Assembly (NCBI GenBank): GCA_017465945.1
Contig: JAFTVD010000015.1
Location: 28,290 to 92,289 of the forward strand
Source of the DNA: Alphaproteobacteria bacterium
GTDB lineage: Bacteria > Pseudomonadota > Alphaproteobacteria > RF32 > CAG-239
Direction of reading: 5' to 3'
Length of the DNA stretch: 64,000 bases
Shown: one piece after another, positions 35,036 to 45,999 of the stretch
Layout: the number at the start of each line of letters is the position of its first letter
How positions within the stretch are numbered: position 1 is the first letter of the stretch
Translations under genes and position numbers: made by a program
The notes under the pieces: model-generated
Database searches by the model: none
The model's input: the letters and a program-made list of their open reading frames with translations, nothing else
Told to the model about the DNA's origin: nothing

Positions 35036-35419
35036 TTACAAAGAAGAAATACTTTTCTGGTAAACCTCAATCTCAAGCAAAATTGATTTAAGATTTTTGA
35101 GGTTCTTTCTTTTGGCATTCATAAGACCTAGATTATTAACGTCTTTTTCAAAGTCATCTACCAAAGTCTGTATCTTACGTCTCAAACGAAGAATATCGCA
35201 CCTTTCTTCAGATACATCAACTTCTTCTTTTGATAACAACTCAACATAGTCATCCAGATTTTGACCCAAAATCAATACCTTCTGTATCAATTGATTAAAT
35301 TCTTGGTCAAGATCTGCATCACTTTGTTTAACACCAAAATTTTCTCTCTTTGCGTCCCAAAACACAAATGCAATCACTGCTATCGCAATAATTACAAAAA
35401 TTAAAACACCATAATTCAT
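35036..35419 (-). CDS. Single-pass membrane protein with a coiled-coil domain (hypothetical)
   Basis: 127 aa with an N-terminal TM helix and the remainder heptad-like. It lies directly downstream of ftsZ. Confidence 0.55.
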   Translation of the reverse strand: MNYGVLIFVIIAIAVIAFVFWDAKRENFGVKQSDADLDQEFNQLIQKVLILGQNLDDYVELLSKEEVDVSEERCDILRLRRKIQTLVDDFEKDVNNLGLMNAKRKNLKNLKSILLEIEVYQKSISSL

Positions 35420-35530
35420 AGCACAAAAAATTTATATAGACAAATGGACAATAGCATACTTTTACATCATTGTCAACCATAAAAAAAGAGCTATGATTTC
35501 TCATAGCCCATAAGTTTTATAACAATATTA

Positions 35531-37189
35531 TTATCTACGTCTTAAAAATGATGGTATTTCTAAATCATCATCATCATTTGCTTTATCAGCAAAATCTTCT
35601 ATTTCCTCAAATTTTGGAGCAACCATCTGCATTGGCTTAACCACTTTATTGCTATGACTACGCCCTAAAATTTTATCCAAGAAAGTACGAGCTGGCTTAA
35701 CTTGCTCTTCTTCATCTTCTAATTTAACTTGCTCTTCACGTTTTTTCTTTTCAAAAGGAAATTCAACTTCACCATGGTCAGGGAAAAGCTCTGGCTCTTC
35801 TTCAACAATTTTTAATTTTGACGATGGCACAAAAGGCTTATCGTTTTTAAGAACTGACAATTCCTCTTTAACATCCTCACTTTCCTCTTCGGCATTAGCA
35901 ACAATAGGCTTATTGATAATAGCATTAAAAAGTGAAGAATTTAAGCGAGTTGGCTCATCATCTTCAAGTTTTTCTTCCAATAAATCACCTTGAGTAGCCT
36001 CACCTTTAACTTCTGATAAATTAATTATATTATCATTTGCCTGAGTTGTTTCTTCTTCAATATTTTCTACAACTTCAACACTTCCTTCTTTTTCTTCAAC
36101 AACAACATCTTCATTAACAACCACCTCTTCTTCAATTTTTTCTTCTTCTAATTCAACTTCGTTATTAAGACTAACATAGTTGTTCATTTCTTTATTTTTA
36201 AGATATTGAACTTGAGCATCTTCATCAATACCTGTTACAACAATAGAAACTCTAATTCTTCCTGACAAACTATCATCATAACTAGAACCAAAAATAAGTT
36301 CAGCATTTTCATCTACTTCTTCTTTAATAATATTAACAGCCTCATCAATTTCCATCAAAGTAATATCAGAACCACCAGTAATATTAATTAAAACACCCTT
36401 TGCCCCTTTCATTGAACAATCATCTAAAATAGGGTTTGAAAGTGCTTGTTCTGCTGCGATTCTAGCTCTATCTTCACCTTCTGCTTCACCTGTTCCCATA
36501 ATAGCTTTACCTTTATCCGCCATAATTTTCTTAACATCAGCAAAGTCAAGATTAATAAGACCTGGCATAATCATCAAATCAGTAATAGATCTAACACCAT
36601 CATAAAGAACTTCATCAGCTTTCACAAAAGCATCTTTTAATGTTGTATTTTTATCAGCGATTCTAAACAAATTTTGGTTAGGAATAACAATAATGCTATC
36701 AACCTCATTGATAAATGTTTCCAAAGCACTTTCTGCATTTTCCATACGTTTCTTACCTTCAAAAGCAAAAGGCTTTGTAACAACACCAACAGTTAGGATT
36801 CCCTTTTCTTTAGCAATTTTAGCAACCACAGGAGCCGCACCGCTACCAGTTCCACCACCCATACCAGCGGTAATAAATACCATATTAGAAGATGCAATCT
36901 CTCTTTCAATGTCTTCTCTTGCTTCTTCTGCTGCCAGTCTTCCAATCTCTGGTCTAGCACCTGCTCCCAAACCTTGAGTAATTTCCAAACCTAATTGAAT
37001 TTTTCTAGTAGCAGGATTTAATGCTAAAGCTTGTGCATCAGTATTAGCCACCACAAAATCAACACCTTCTAAATTTTTAGACATCATATTTGTGATAGCA
37101 TTACCACCGCCACCGCCAACGCCGATAACAGTTATTCTTGGTTTTAATTGTGCTAAATTTGCGTCGCCGACAGACAGTTTTATTGCCAT
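35531..37189 (-). CDS. ftsZ: Cell division protein FtsZ
   Basis: [21 protein letters not shown], a long acidic linker and the C-terminal peptide [12 protein letters not shown] chose the ATG at 37189 after AGGAGA. Confidence 0.95.
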   Translation of the reverse strand: MAIKLSVGDANLAQLKPRITVIGVGGGGGNAITNMMSKNLEGVDFVVANTDAQALALNPATRKIQLGLEITQGLGAGARPEIGRLAAEEAREDIEREIASSNMVFITAGMGGGTGSGAAPVVAKIAKEKGILTVGVVTKPFAFEGKKRMENAESALETFINEVDSIIVIPNQNLFRIADKNTTLKDAFVKADEVLYDGVRSITDLMIMPGLINLDFADVKKIMADKGKAIMGTGEAEGEDRARIAAEQALSNPILDDCSMKGAKGVLINITGGSDITLMEIDEAVNIIKEEVDENAELIFGSSYDDSLSGRIRVSIVVTGIDEDAQVQYLKNKEMNNYVSLNNEVELEEEKIEEEVVVNEDVVVEEKEGSVEVVENIEEETTQANDNIINLSEVKGEATQGDLLEEKLEDDEPTRLNSSLFNAIINKPIVANAEEESEDVKEELSVLKNDKPFVPSSKLKIVEEEPELFPDHGEVEFPFEKKKREEQVKLEDEEEQVKPARTFLDKILGRSHSNKVVKPMQMVAPKFEEIEDFADKANDDDDLEIPSFLRRR

Positions 37190-37275
37190 ATTTTTATCTC
37201 CTAAAATTAAAAAAAAGCTAGAATCCAATATCTAACGAGATTCTAGCTTAAAATAGATTAAGTTTTAGTTACCAA

Positions 37276-38529
37276 CTAGCAAGTTTTCTTAAACAATTCC
37301 AAAATTTTTGCAAAAATACCATCACTATTGCTACTTACATTAACTTTTTTTACAATTTTCTTTTCAGAATTATTAACTGCAAACAACAATAATCCCAAAG
37401 CAGTCGAAAAAGTAGGATTATGCAAAACTTGAGGTATATTTTCAATATTACGAGGTCTACCGATTCGAACTTGCTTATCCAAAACCATAGACGCCACTTC
37501 TCTAATACCTGGAAGTTGAGATGCACCACCTGTTAAAACAACCCTATGAGATGTAGAATTCTTATACCCTGCTTCATCAAGCTTTCTTCCAACTAATTCA
37601 AAAATTTCTTCAATACGAGGCGAAATAATATTAATCAAATCAGATTTATAAATTTGTTTAATATTACTATCATCTTCCTCACCCACTGGATATACATTAA
37701 TAACCTCTTGCTCATCTTGACTAATCAAAAATGCACATCCGTGACGATTCTTAATTTCTTCTGCATAATTAAATGAAGTTGTAAGCCCAAGAGCAATATC
37801 ATTTGTAACATTAATTCCACCAACTGGAATCGCTCCAAAATAGACCGGATGCCCATTCTTAAATGTCGTAATACTTGTTGTACCACCACCAATATCAATA
37901 ATGGTTGCTCCCAATTCTCTTTCATCATCAACCAAACAAGAAAGTCCTGACGCATAAGAAGAAAATGCTTTCATTTCAATATCTAAATGCGAACTTTCAA
38001 CCACAGTTGCTAAGTTTTTATACATTGGTTTTGGATATAAACCAAGCAAAATATCAACACTTAAATTTTCACCATAAATGTTAATAGGATTCTTCACCTC
38101 TTCCCCATTATCTACATGGTACCCCATCGTTAAAAAGTGAATTGGCTCATTTCCTTCAACATTAACTTTCATCAAACCTTTATCTGTAACTTTTTTAACA
38201 TCTTCATTCATTACAGGGCGATTCTTATGAATTGAAATATTAGAACTTCTAATAACACTTCTAGTTCTATCACCGCTAACATTTACAATAACATTAGTAA
38301 TTCTTTCATTTGCCATTTGCTCTGCCGCTTCAACAGCATTACAAACCGCAATGGTTGCCTGATTAACATCAACAACAACTCCATTCTTAATACCTTTTGC
38401 CGCATTATATCCATACCCTAAAATAGATACTCTTTTATCTTTTGTAACTCTCGCAATAATACAGCAAACCTTTGATGTTCCAATATCAAGTGCCGCAACA
38501 ATTGGTGCTCTGTTAAAAGAATGGTTCAT
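37276..38529 (-). CDS. ftsA: Cell division protein FtsA
   Basis: Actin-fold motifs ALDIGTSKV, DIGGGTT and LTGGASQLPG. Confidence 0.9.
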   Translation of the reverse strand: MNHSFNRAPIVAALDIGTSKVCCIIARVTKDKRVSILGYGYNAAKGIKNGVVVDVNQATIAVCNAVEAAEQMANERITNVIVNVSGDRTRSVIRSSNISIHKNRPVMNEDVKKVTDKGLMKVNVEGNEPIHFLTMGYHVDNGEEVKNPINIYGENLSVDILLGLYPKPMYKNLATVVESSHLDIEMKAFSSYASGLSCLVDDERELGATIIDIGGGTTSITTFKNGHPVYFGAIPVGGINVTNDIALGLTTSFNYAEEIKNRHGCAFLISQDEQEVINVYPVGEEDDSNIKQIYKSDLINIISPRIEEIFELVGRKLDEAGYKNSTSHRVVLTGGASQLPGIREVASMVLDKQVRIGRPRNIENIPQVLHNPTFSTALGLLLFAVNNSEKKIVKKVNVSSNSDGIFAKILELFKKTC

Positions 38530-38546
38530 TGCTACCCCTTTATTTT

Positions 38547-39389
38547 CTATTTCTTAACATCTAAATCTAAAAAGGATTTATCGATATCTACAACTATCCT
38601 ATCATCGAACCTTACATCAAAGGAAGTTAATTTACGCTTAAAAATTCCTTGCCTTTTGTTTAATAATGCAATTTTTTGATATGCTTTATCAAAATTTTTC
38701 TCTGGTAACTTAACAACAACACCATTATCCAATGTTTCAAATATCAAATCCCAACGGCGATTCGAAACAAAAACCGCCCCCTTAACTCTAGATTTTAATT
38801 CTTTATCCAAATCTAAAACCTTTAATAATTCCGCCAAATGATGAGGGGCCCCATCACCAGCTAAAATCAACATTGAAGCATCAGGTTCATATTCTTCAAC
38901 TTCTATAACATGCCCTTCATTATCAACAGGATAATACCTTCCCTCATAATGCCAAATTGCAATAACTTCACGTTCTTTGATTTCAACTATAATATTATTT
39001 GGGAAAAAGCTTCTTTTCACAACACAACTTTTAACCCAAGTCAACTGTTCAATTCTTGATTTTAATTGAGCAATATTAATTCCTAAAATACTTTCGTTTT
39101 CAGACAAATTAAGAGCTTCCACCAAATCATCATAAGATGTACGATAATTTCCCTCAACAATAATATCTTCCACATACAAACCATGCTTAGCCGTCATCTT
39201 ATACATGCTACTCATAGTTTTATCAAACCAAACAGAAATAATATTATCCCTAATTGTAATAGAAATAAAAGACAATGATACAACAACTAAAAAAATCATC
39301 AAAAAACCACATAACCTATACGCCCACTCACGTTCAGGATAAACGAAGTTTTCTTTTGTTTTCAATAAATTGTCGCCACCAACTTGCAT
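38547..39389 (-). CDS. ftsQ: Cell division protein FtsQ
   Basis: 280 aa with a single TM helix and a POTRA-like segment (V..I.V.GN..TS..D.....L). It sits between murB and ftsA. Confidence 0.75.
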   Translation of the reverse strand: MQVGGDNLLKTKENFVYPEREWAYRLCGFLMIFLVVVSLSFISITIRDNIISVWFDKTMSSMYKMTAKHGLYVEDIIVEGNYRTSYDDLVEALNLSENESILGINIAQLKSRIEQLTWVKSCVVKRSFFPNNIIVEIKEREVIAIWHYEGRYYPVDNEGHVIEVEEYEPDASMLILAGDGAPHHLAELLKVLDLDKELKSRVKGAVFVSNRRWDLIFETLDNGVVVKLPEKNFDKAYQKIALLNKRQGIFKRKLTSFDVRFDDRIVVDIDKSFLDLDVKK

Positions 39390-39395
39390 TTTAGA

Positions 39396-40322
39396 TTACT
39401 TTTTCACTCCCATACGACGAACTTCCCATTCAAGCACAATAGAAGTTTTTTCTTTTACCTTCTCGACAATCAATTCTCCCAATTCTTCAATATCTTGGGC
39501 TGTTGCATTACCGCTATTTATTAAGAAATTAGCATGCTTATCAGAAACTTCAGCTCCGCCAACCTTTAACCCTTGACACCCTGCATCTTGAATTAACTTC
39601 CAAGCAGATAACCCTTCAGGATTCTTAAATGTTGAACCAGCAGTCCTTTTATTAATAGGTTGATGTTCTTCTCTATATTTTTTCTGTTCATCTAAAATTT
39701 TCTTAATTTCACTTTTTTCTTTTTTTGCACATTCAAATGTTGCATCCAAAATAATCCAATTTTCAGGAAACGTACTAGAGCGATACGAAAAATTAAAATC
39801 TTCTTTTTCAACTTCATAAATTTCGCCCCAATCATTCATAATACGAGCTTTAACTAACACATTAGAAACATTATTGCCAAAACACCCTGCATTAGTTCTA
39901 AGCAAACCCCCAATTCTTCCAGGAACAGATGTTATAAATTCCAAACCACCAATTTCATTTTCAATCAAAACTTTTTTCAAATCGCTATTTTTCACTCCTG
40001 CACCCACAGTCAAATAGCTACCATCAAATTCAATTTTCTTAAAAAACTGGCTATCTAATTTAATAACAACACCTAAAATTCCACCATCACGAATCAATAG
40101 ATTAGAACCACCGCCAATAACCGTAACAGGCACAACATCAGGCTTTTTTAATAAAAACAACTTCAAATCTTCTTCGTCTTCAGGAATATACATAACCTCA
40201 GCAGGTCCACCCACTCCAAACCAAGTATGCTTTGATAATTTTGCATTTTCTATATATTTACCTCTAACTTCAGGCAAACTTTCTAGTAAACTGTTCTTAC
40301 TTGCAAAAAAACTTTCAAACAT
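39396..40322 (-). CDS. murB: UDP-N-acetylenolpyruvoylglucosamine reductase
   Basis: GGGSNLL, the FAD-binding region, AGSTFKNP and GGA.VS.KHANF. Confidence 0.9.
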   Translation of the reverse strand: MFESFFASKNSLLESLPEVRGKYIENAKLSKHTWFGVGGPAEVMYIPEDEEDLKLFLLKKPDVVPVTVIGGGSNLLIRDGGILGVVIKLDSQFFKKIEFDGSYLTVGAGVKNSDLKKVLIENEIGGLEFITSVPGRIGGLLRTNAGCFGNNVSNVLVKARIMNDWGEIYEVEKEDFNFSYRSSTFPENWIILDATFECAKKEKSEIKKILDEQKKYREEHQPINKRTAGSTFKNPEGLSAWKLIQDAGCQGLKVGGAEVSDKHANFLINSGNATAQDIEELGELIVEKVKEKTSIVLEWEVRRMGVKK

Positions 40323-40345
40323 ATTATACTCCTTTTTTATTCTTA

Positions 40346-41482
40346 TTATCCATTATCTTTATCTTCTGACACCGCATTCTTTCTTGTCAACGCCAATAAC
40401 ATTCCCATTGTTAAACAACTAGCAAGCATTGATGAACCACCATAAGACACAAATGGGAGAGTCATTCCTTTTGCAGGCATTAATTGCAAAGAAGAACACA
40501 TATTAACAATCGCCTGTCCACCTAACGATGCCGCAAGCCCCGAAGCCGCATACATCTGAAACAAATTATTATCCTTTAATGATAACATCATTGTTCTAAT
40601 CACAATAACAGCAAAAGAAATAACTATCAATGATGGTAACCAAACTCCATACTCTTCTCCGGCTAACGAAAAAATAAAGTCTGTATGCACATCAGGTAAT
40701 GTCATCTTAACTACACCTTCACCAGGACCTCTTCCCATAAGATTACCATTAGCAAATGCGTCCATAGATTTTTGAATCTGTGAACCAATCTCATTCTCTG
40801 TTGCCAAAAATTTATCTATTCTATCTCTCACATGTGCCAAAAAGAAATATGAACCAGTAACTAAAACAAGACCTAATAAAAACAACAATCCAATAAGCCA
40901 AGCAGGAATACCCGCCCAAACCATTTGCAGAGCCCATACTCCAGAAATAAGCACAGTCATACCAAGGTCCGGCTGTCCAAATACAGCACCTGCCGTCATC
41001 AAAAATAAAAATACTGCAATAGCCATCCCAGGGAAATCTTCTGCCCTTTTTCTAGCATCTAACAACCATGCAGTAACAACAATAAACACCGGCTTAATAA
41101 ATTCTGATGGTTGCAAAGAAAATCCTGCAAATTTAATCCATCTTTGCGCTCCTTTTGTTGCATCACCAACAACATAAGTCAAAACAACACCGATAAAAGC
41201 ACACAAAAACCCTAAAACAGCCAATCTTCTAATCGTGCGCATGCTTTGCATAGACACACCTACCATCATCAAAAGCCCTGCAAAAATAAATACCCCTTGT
41301 TTTTTCACAAAAGAAAATTCATCTATCAATCTATCACGATGAGCCGCACTAGGACTTGCAGATAAAACCAACATAACGCCTACAAAAATAAGAAAAATAG
41401 CTAACATAAAATTTACTTTATCAACTGTCCACCACCAGTTAGAAATTTTACTCTTGCTATGTCTTGTTAATAAGCGCATCAA
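40346..41482 (-). CDS. ftsW: SEDS-family peptidoglycan polymerase FtsW
   Basis: 378 aa with about 10 TM helices. Motifs QPSEF.K, TDFIFS..GEE.G and LPFVSYGGSS are present. Confidence 0.85.
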   Translation of the reverse strand: MMRLLTRHSKSKISNWWWTVDKVNFMLAIFLIFVGVMLVLSASPSAAHRDRLIDEFSFVKKQGVFIFAGLLMMVGVSMQSMRTIRRLAVLGFLCAFIGVVLTYVVGDATKGAQRWIKFAGFSLQPSEFIKPVFIVVTAWLLDARKRAEDFPGMAIAVFLFLMTAGAVFGQPDLGMTVLISGVWALQMVWAGIPAWLIGLLFLLGLVLVTGSYFFLAHVRDRIDKFLATENEIGSQIQKSMDAFANGNLMGRGPGEGVVKMTLPDVHTDFIFSLAGEEYGVWLPSLIVISFAVIVIRTMMLSLKDNNLFQMYAASGLAASLGGQAIVNMCSSLQLMPAKGMTLPFVSYGGSSMLASCLTMGMLLALTRKNAVSEDKDNG

Positions 41483-41489
41483 TTTCTCC

Positions 41490-42536
41490 TTACATCAAAG
41501 ACAACAAACCGATAATTGAAGCAACCATTGTTACACCCCAAAATGTGTAAACGACCTTATTTTCACTCCAACCAAGTTGCTCAAAGTGATGATGAATTGG
41601 GGCCATTCTAAAGAAACGTTTTCCTGTTTTCTTAAAATAAATAACTTGAATCATAACAGATATTGTCTCAACAACAAATACCACTCCAACAATAGCAAGA
41701 ATAATCTCATGCTTTAAAATAACTGCAATTACACCAAGCACAGCGCCTAAAGATAAAGACCCTGTATCTCCCATAAAAATACGTGCTTTTTTAAGATTAA
41801 ACCATAAAAATCCAATACAACCACCAGCAAGAGCCGCACAAACAACAGCCATTTCATAACTTTTTGGAATATAAGGAATAGAAACACTATTAAATACAGG
41901 ATATCCTGTTGCAAACGAAAATACCATAAATACACTAAATACAATAGCAAGCATTCCACCTGCCAAGCCATCTAACCCATCACTTAAATTTACAGCATTA
42001 GAAGCTCCCGCAATCACAAATAATGCAAAAGGAAAATAAAGCCATGAAATCTCAAAACTCCATTTCAAATATGGTATAAATAAAGTACTTTCAACAGAAT
42101 TTGGTGTTGCAGCTGCTACCACATTAACCGCTAATACCGCCGCCATAAACTGAATAAACAATTTAACCTTTGCAGTCATTGCATTTGGTGTTTGTTTTTT
42201 TACTTTAACATAGTCATCAGCAAACCCTGTTGCACCATATACCACAATAACAAGCATAGAAATCCACACAAAGTGAAGCTTAATGTTAGCAAAAATAAAC
42301 ATTGAAATTAAGCTTGCACCCAAAATCAATAGCCCACCCATCGTAGGGGTACCTTTTTTCTCTTTAATATGGCTCTGCGGACCATCTTTTCTTATAGGTT
42401 GCCCTGCTTTACTAATCCCTTTAATATAAGAAATCAAACTTCCACCACAAGCTAAAGCTAAACCAAGTGAAACTAAAAAAGCCATTAAAGCTCTAAACCA
42501 AACTGTTTCCGGACTATAAGATAAAAAAGACCACAT
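41490..42536 (-). CDS. mraY: Phospho-N-acetylmuramoyl-pentapeptide transferase
   Basis: KKGTPTMGG, NAVNL.DGLDGLA, MGDTGSL.LG and APIHHHFE. Confidence 0.95.
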   Translation of the reverse strand: MWSFLSYSPETVWFRALMAFLVSLGLALACGGSLISYIKGISKAGQPIRKDGPQSHIKEKKGTPTMGGLLILGASLISMFIFANIKLHFVWISMLVIVVYGATGFADDYVKVKKQTPNAMTAKVKLFIQFMAAVLAVNVVAAATPNSVESTLFIPYLKWSFEISWLYFPFALFVIAGASNAVNLSDGLDGLAGGMLAIVFSVFMVFSFATGYPVFNSVSIPYIPKSYEMAVVCAALAGGCIGFLWFNLKKARIFMGDTGSLSLGAVLGVIAVILKHEIILAIVGVVFVVETISVMIQVIYFKKTGKRFFRMAPIHHHFEQLGWSENKVVYTFWGVTMVASIIGLLSLM

Positions 42537-42689
42537 AGTACTATAAATTCCTTCTTATTTTTAATAAATTAAACTTTGCAAATATATTTAACTTATCATA
42601 ACTGTCAATATCTAAATTAAATCTTAAAAAAATACACTTTTTAATAAAAAAAAAACTACCAATACATAATTGCATTGGTAGTCTTATCA

Positions 42690-43589
42690 TTAATCAACTG
42701 CAGCACCTAGAGAACCACACAAAATTTGAATAACTTTCTTATCATCTTCAATATCTTCAATAAGTGTTCGAACCTGAGCCGCATATTTACTCTTGTAATT
42801 ACCATCATCAGATACCAACAAAAATACCTCTAATATTGCCGCACCATTCTCAGGCAACATTTTATTAAACACGATATCTTCTATGTTATCATCATAAAAT
42901 TTACCACCAATAGGCTCCTCAAACTCAAGGAAACAAAGAACAAAAATCAAAAAAGCTCTTTCAAATTTCTTATCAAATTTTTTGTCTTTATACACTTTGT
43001 TTACCCAAGAAATGAGCTTCTTAAAATCAGATATCAATCCATGTTCTAACAAATAGCAAACAATATCAATTTCAAGAGAAGATTTTCCTAAATAATTCAA
43101 ACAGCCACTATAGTCATTTTTTTTAACCAAATATGGCAACTGATAAAACGCTAGTCCTTTTTCATATTTGCACATATCACTAAAGCAAACACAATAAACA
43201 GCTCCATGGTCTTTATTAATTTTTGAATAAATAAAAGCTGTAAACCTACTGTCTCCAAAATCAATAAGAAGACTATAAAGCTTCATTAGTGCATATTTTG
43301 AAAATTCTGTTTTTACAAAAAAAGAAACATAATTTTCAACCATTTTTTTGCTAAGTTTCTTAGATGAAATTCGCTCTTTGATAACATCTTCAACAACATC
43401 AAACAACTCTACAGCGTCAAATATCAATACATTACCAACATTGATATATTTAGGAATATAGTAGCCATCTGATTTAATAATCAAAACTTCTAGCCCATCT
43501 AAAGATGCTTCACCTTTATCAAGAATGGCATTCACAAAGTCAGCACTTTTTGAATTAAGATTTAAAACCTTATTTTTTATATCTCCCAT
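42690..43589 (-). CDS. Hypothetical cytoplasmic protein
   Basis: 299-aa ORF with no TM helix, signal peptide or recognisable motif. Confidence 0.55.
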   Translation of the reverse strand: MGDIKNKVLNLNSKSADFVNAILDKGEASLDGLEVLIIKSDGYYIPKYINVGNVLIFDAVELFDVVEDVIKERISSKKLSKKMVENYVSFFVKTEFSKYALMKLYSLLIDFGDSRFTAFIYSKINKDHGAVYCVCFSDMCKYEKGLAFYQLPYLVKKNDYSGCLNYLGKSSLEIDIVCYLLEHGLISDFKKLISWVNKVYKDKKFDKKFERAFLIFVLCFLEFEEPIGGKFYDDNIEDIVFNKMLPENGAAILEVFLLVSDDGNYKSKYAAQVRTLIEDIEDDKKVIQILCGSLGAAVD

Positions 43590-43675
43590 AATTATAAAGT
43601 AAAAAAATTAATAATAAAAAAAATAATCTCTAAAAGTATCAATCTTGTAGCAATCTTAATTTTTTTTGTCAAGTT

Positions 43676-45487
43676 TTAATTAAATCCCACCCTAATCCCA
43701 AACATAAACTCTTCATCATCATTTTTTTTATAATCATTCATCTTGTACCCTCCATACAACATAACATCACGATTTATACCATACGCTCCCTCAATAGCAT
43801 AACTCTCCCCATTAAACTCATTAGATGTTGTATAATTTTTCATTCCCCATGCATATAATCGATATTTATCTTTATTATAATAAACTCCAAGCTTAACCCC
43901 AAAACCTACGTATCCGTTTTCATTTAACCCACCACCATACACACCATTAGGAACGCTCATCGCAAACATCGAAAAATTTTCGCTTAAATTATAACTCTGT
44001 CCAACCCCTGTTTCTAAAATAACACTTCCTGTACTTTCATCATTTTTAGGGTTATACATCTCCTTATATTTAAGCCCAATATCATACGATAAAGGCTTAA
44101 ACATAACATCAACACCGCTCAAAGATTTTATTGATAACAAATTAAATTCATCTAACACATACTTATCCTTATCATCATAATGACGAATTTTAGTTTCAAA
44201 TAAATTAATCTCCGCCCCTTTAAGCATTCCATAGCTATCCTCCATCAAACTATTATATGATGGTTTATATACTATTTCTTGGAACATCTCTCCATTTTTT
44301 GCCCCAAAACTTATTCCAACATTTTTTGATTTATGAGTATATAATGGATTCTCCCCTTCTTTTAATTCTTCAAAATATTGCGTATTATCTTCAATAAGAC
44401 TTCTTTCTTTTAACAGCTTAAAACTTTTCTTACGATAGTCTTTTAACTCTAAATCACCCTCAACATACTTATACTGTACATATTGATATGCAGTCTCTAA
44501 AACATCAGCTTTTTCATTACTTTCAAGCTCACTTAAATCAAGCTTATCATTTATAATAATTTTAACAAAAGCCCTTTTTTGCTCATCATTCATTTGCCTA
44601 TAGCGATATTTTAGTTTTGATTGTCTAGATGGCCTATAATTGGCAACTTTAATTAAGCCTTCAATACCATTAACTTCTTTTAATGTATCAATCGGTAACA
44701 CTTTCCAACTAAAGTTATCTCTCAAATTAAGCTCAGGCTTAATAGCCTCCAATGTTAAAAGAAGAATATAAGAACAATTTTGGTTTGCAAAATAATACCT
44801 AATTTTAGCATTCCTCATTTCCCAAATATGCTTAACAAACATATCTTTTTCTTCATCATCAAGATTAAGCTCATACTCCCAAATATCACGATTCTCAATA
44901 TTGTTATATAAGTTTATTACATCATAATAAGGTTTAATTCCAAATGTACCATAATATCCACCCCACAAACCTTTTAAGGCATACAAAACTCCGTTCTCAT
45001 CTCCAGTATCTGCTCCAAAATTAGCCCCATGAGCCAAAAGCTGGCTACCTTTTCTCAAAGTATCAATTCTAAACAATGTATGCCCAAACAAAGACGAAGG
45101 ATTACTCATATACGCATTAGTAAAAAGCATCGTAATACTTTTAGCTTGCAAATCATCAACAAATTGCAAAAATTCCCTACACCGGTCAAGATTCCCCTTA
45201 ACCACCCCCATCTTTTTTAATAACTCAAATCTTGCCGGAAATTGACACTTTTTATCACTATTAACATCATTAAAAATTCTAACACTCTCATCAAATTCTA
45301 ATTTGGGATTTTCTTGTCCTTTTTCATATAAGAAAAACTCATCATTTTCCACCAACGAACGATATTGGTCTCCATTTTTCTCATAATAAAGTAATTTTAG
45401 CCAAGCATCATCATGCCAAACCTCTTTTGCCATTATATCAAAAGAGCACAATAAAACAATAAATAAAACAAGAAAAAATCGTCTCAT
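43676..45487 (-). CDS. DUF4105 (Lnb N-terminal) domain protein with a beta-rich C-terminus
   Basis: SSLFGHTLFRID is the signature I associate with DUF4105. The signal peptide MRRFFLVLFIVLLCSF starts at the ATG at 45487. The C-terminal alternating aromatic/Gly pattern ends ..FGIRVGFN. Confidence 0.6.
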   Translation of the reverse strand: MRRFFLVLFIVLLCSFDIMAKEVWHDDAWLKLLYYEKNGDQYRSLVENDEFFLYEKGQENPKLEFDESVRIFNDVNSDKKCQFPARFELLKKMGVVKGNLDRCREFLQFVDDLQAKSITMLFTNAYMSNPSSLFGHTLFRIDTLRKGSQLLAHGANFGADTGDENGVLYALKGLWGGYYGTFGIKPYYDVINLYNNIENRDIWEYELNLDDEEKDMFVKHIWEMRNAKIRYYFANQNCSYILLLTLEAIKPELNLRDNFSWKVLPIDTLKEVNGIEGLIKVANYRPSRQSKLKYRYRQMNDEQKRAFVKIIINDKLDLSELESNEKADVLETAYQYVQYKYVEGDLELKDYRKKSFKLLKERSLIEDNTQYFEELKEGENPLYTHKSKNVGISFGAKNGEMFQEIVYKPSYNSLMEDSYGMLKGAEINLFETKIRHYDDKDKYVLDEFNLLSIKSLSGVDVMFKPLSYDIGLKYKEMYNPKNDESTGSVILETGVGQSYNLSENFSMFAMSVPNGVYGGGLNENGYVGFGVKLGVYYNKDKYRLYAWGMKNYTTSNEFNGESYAIEGAYGINRDVMLYGGYKMNDYKKNDDEEFMFGIRVGFN

Positions 45488-45540
45488 ATCAAACAAAAAA
45501 GGGGGCAAAACTCTGTTTGCTCCCCTTATCAATCAAAAAA

Positions 45541-45999
45541 TTAAGCGTTAGCTAATTCCATAATCTTCAATGTCAAATCAACAGCTTCAACATTTTCATC
45601 AACAAACAAATATGCAAAACTTTGTTGAGCTTTTTGACCTAATTCTTTGCTATCAACATTCAAGATGCCTGCAATAGTTTCTATTGTTTCACCCTGACCA
45701 CGAGATGCGTCCATAGCAAATTGTTCCATATTATTTTCAATAACAGCTAATACAAGTTTACCTGTACCACCTGTAACACGGCCATTAGGATCACACCCTG
45801 ATGTACCCAACGTAACACCAACAGTATTTAAAAACATACCATTAGTTGTCATAGCCAAAACTTGAGGAATAATACCAGAATGACCTTTCCAAGCCATACT
45901 TCCAAGACCGCAACCACCTGTTGAGTCAATCGCAAAACTTGGAGTAGAAGCCATCATAACAAGCCCTAAAACACCACCTAAAAGAAGATTCTTTTTCAT
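45541..45999 (-). CDS. DUF3015-like secreted protein
   Basis: A signal peptide is followed by GGCGLGSMAWKG, as I recall for DUF3015. Confidence 0.5.
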   Translation of the reverse strand: MKKNLLLGGVLGLVMMASTPSFAIDSTGGCGLGSMAWKGHSGIIPQVLAMTTNGMFLNTVGVTLGTSGCDPNGRVTGGTGKLVLAVIENNMEQFAMDASRGQGETIETIAGILNVDSKELGQKAQQSFAYLFVDENVEAVDLTLKIMELANA

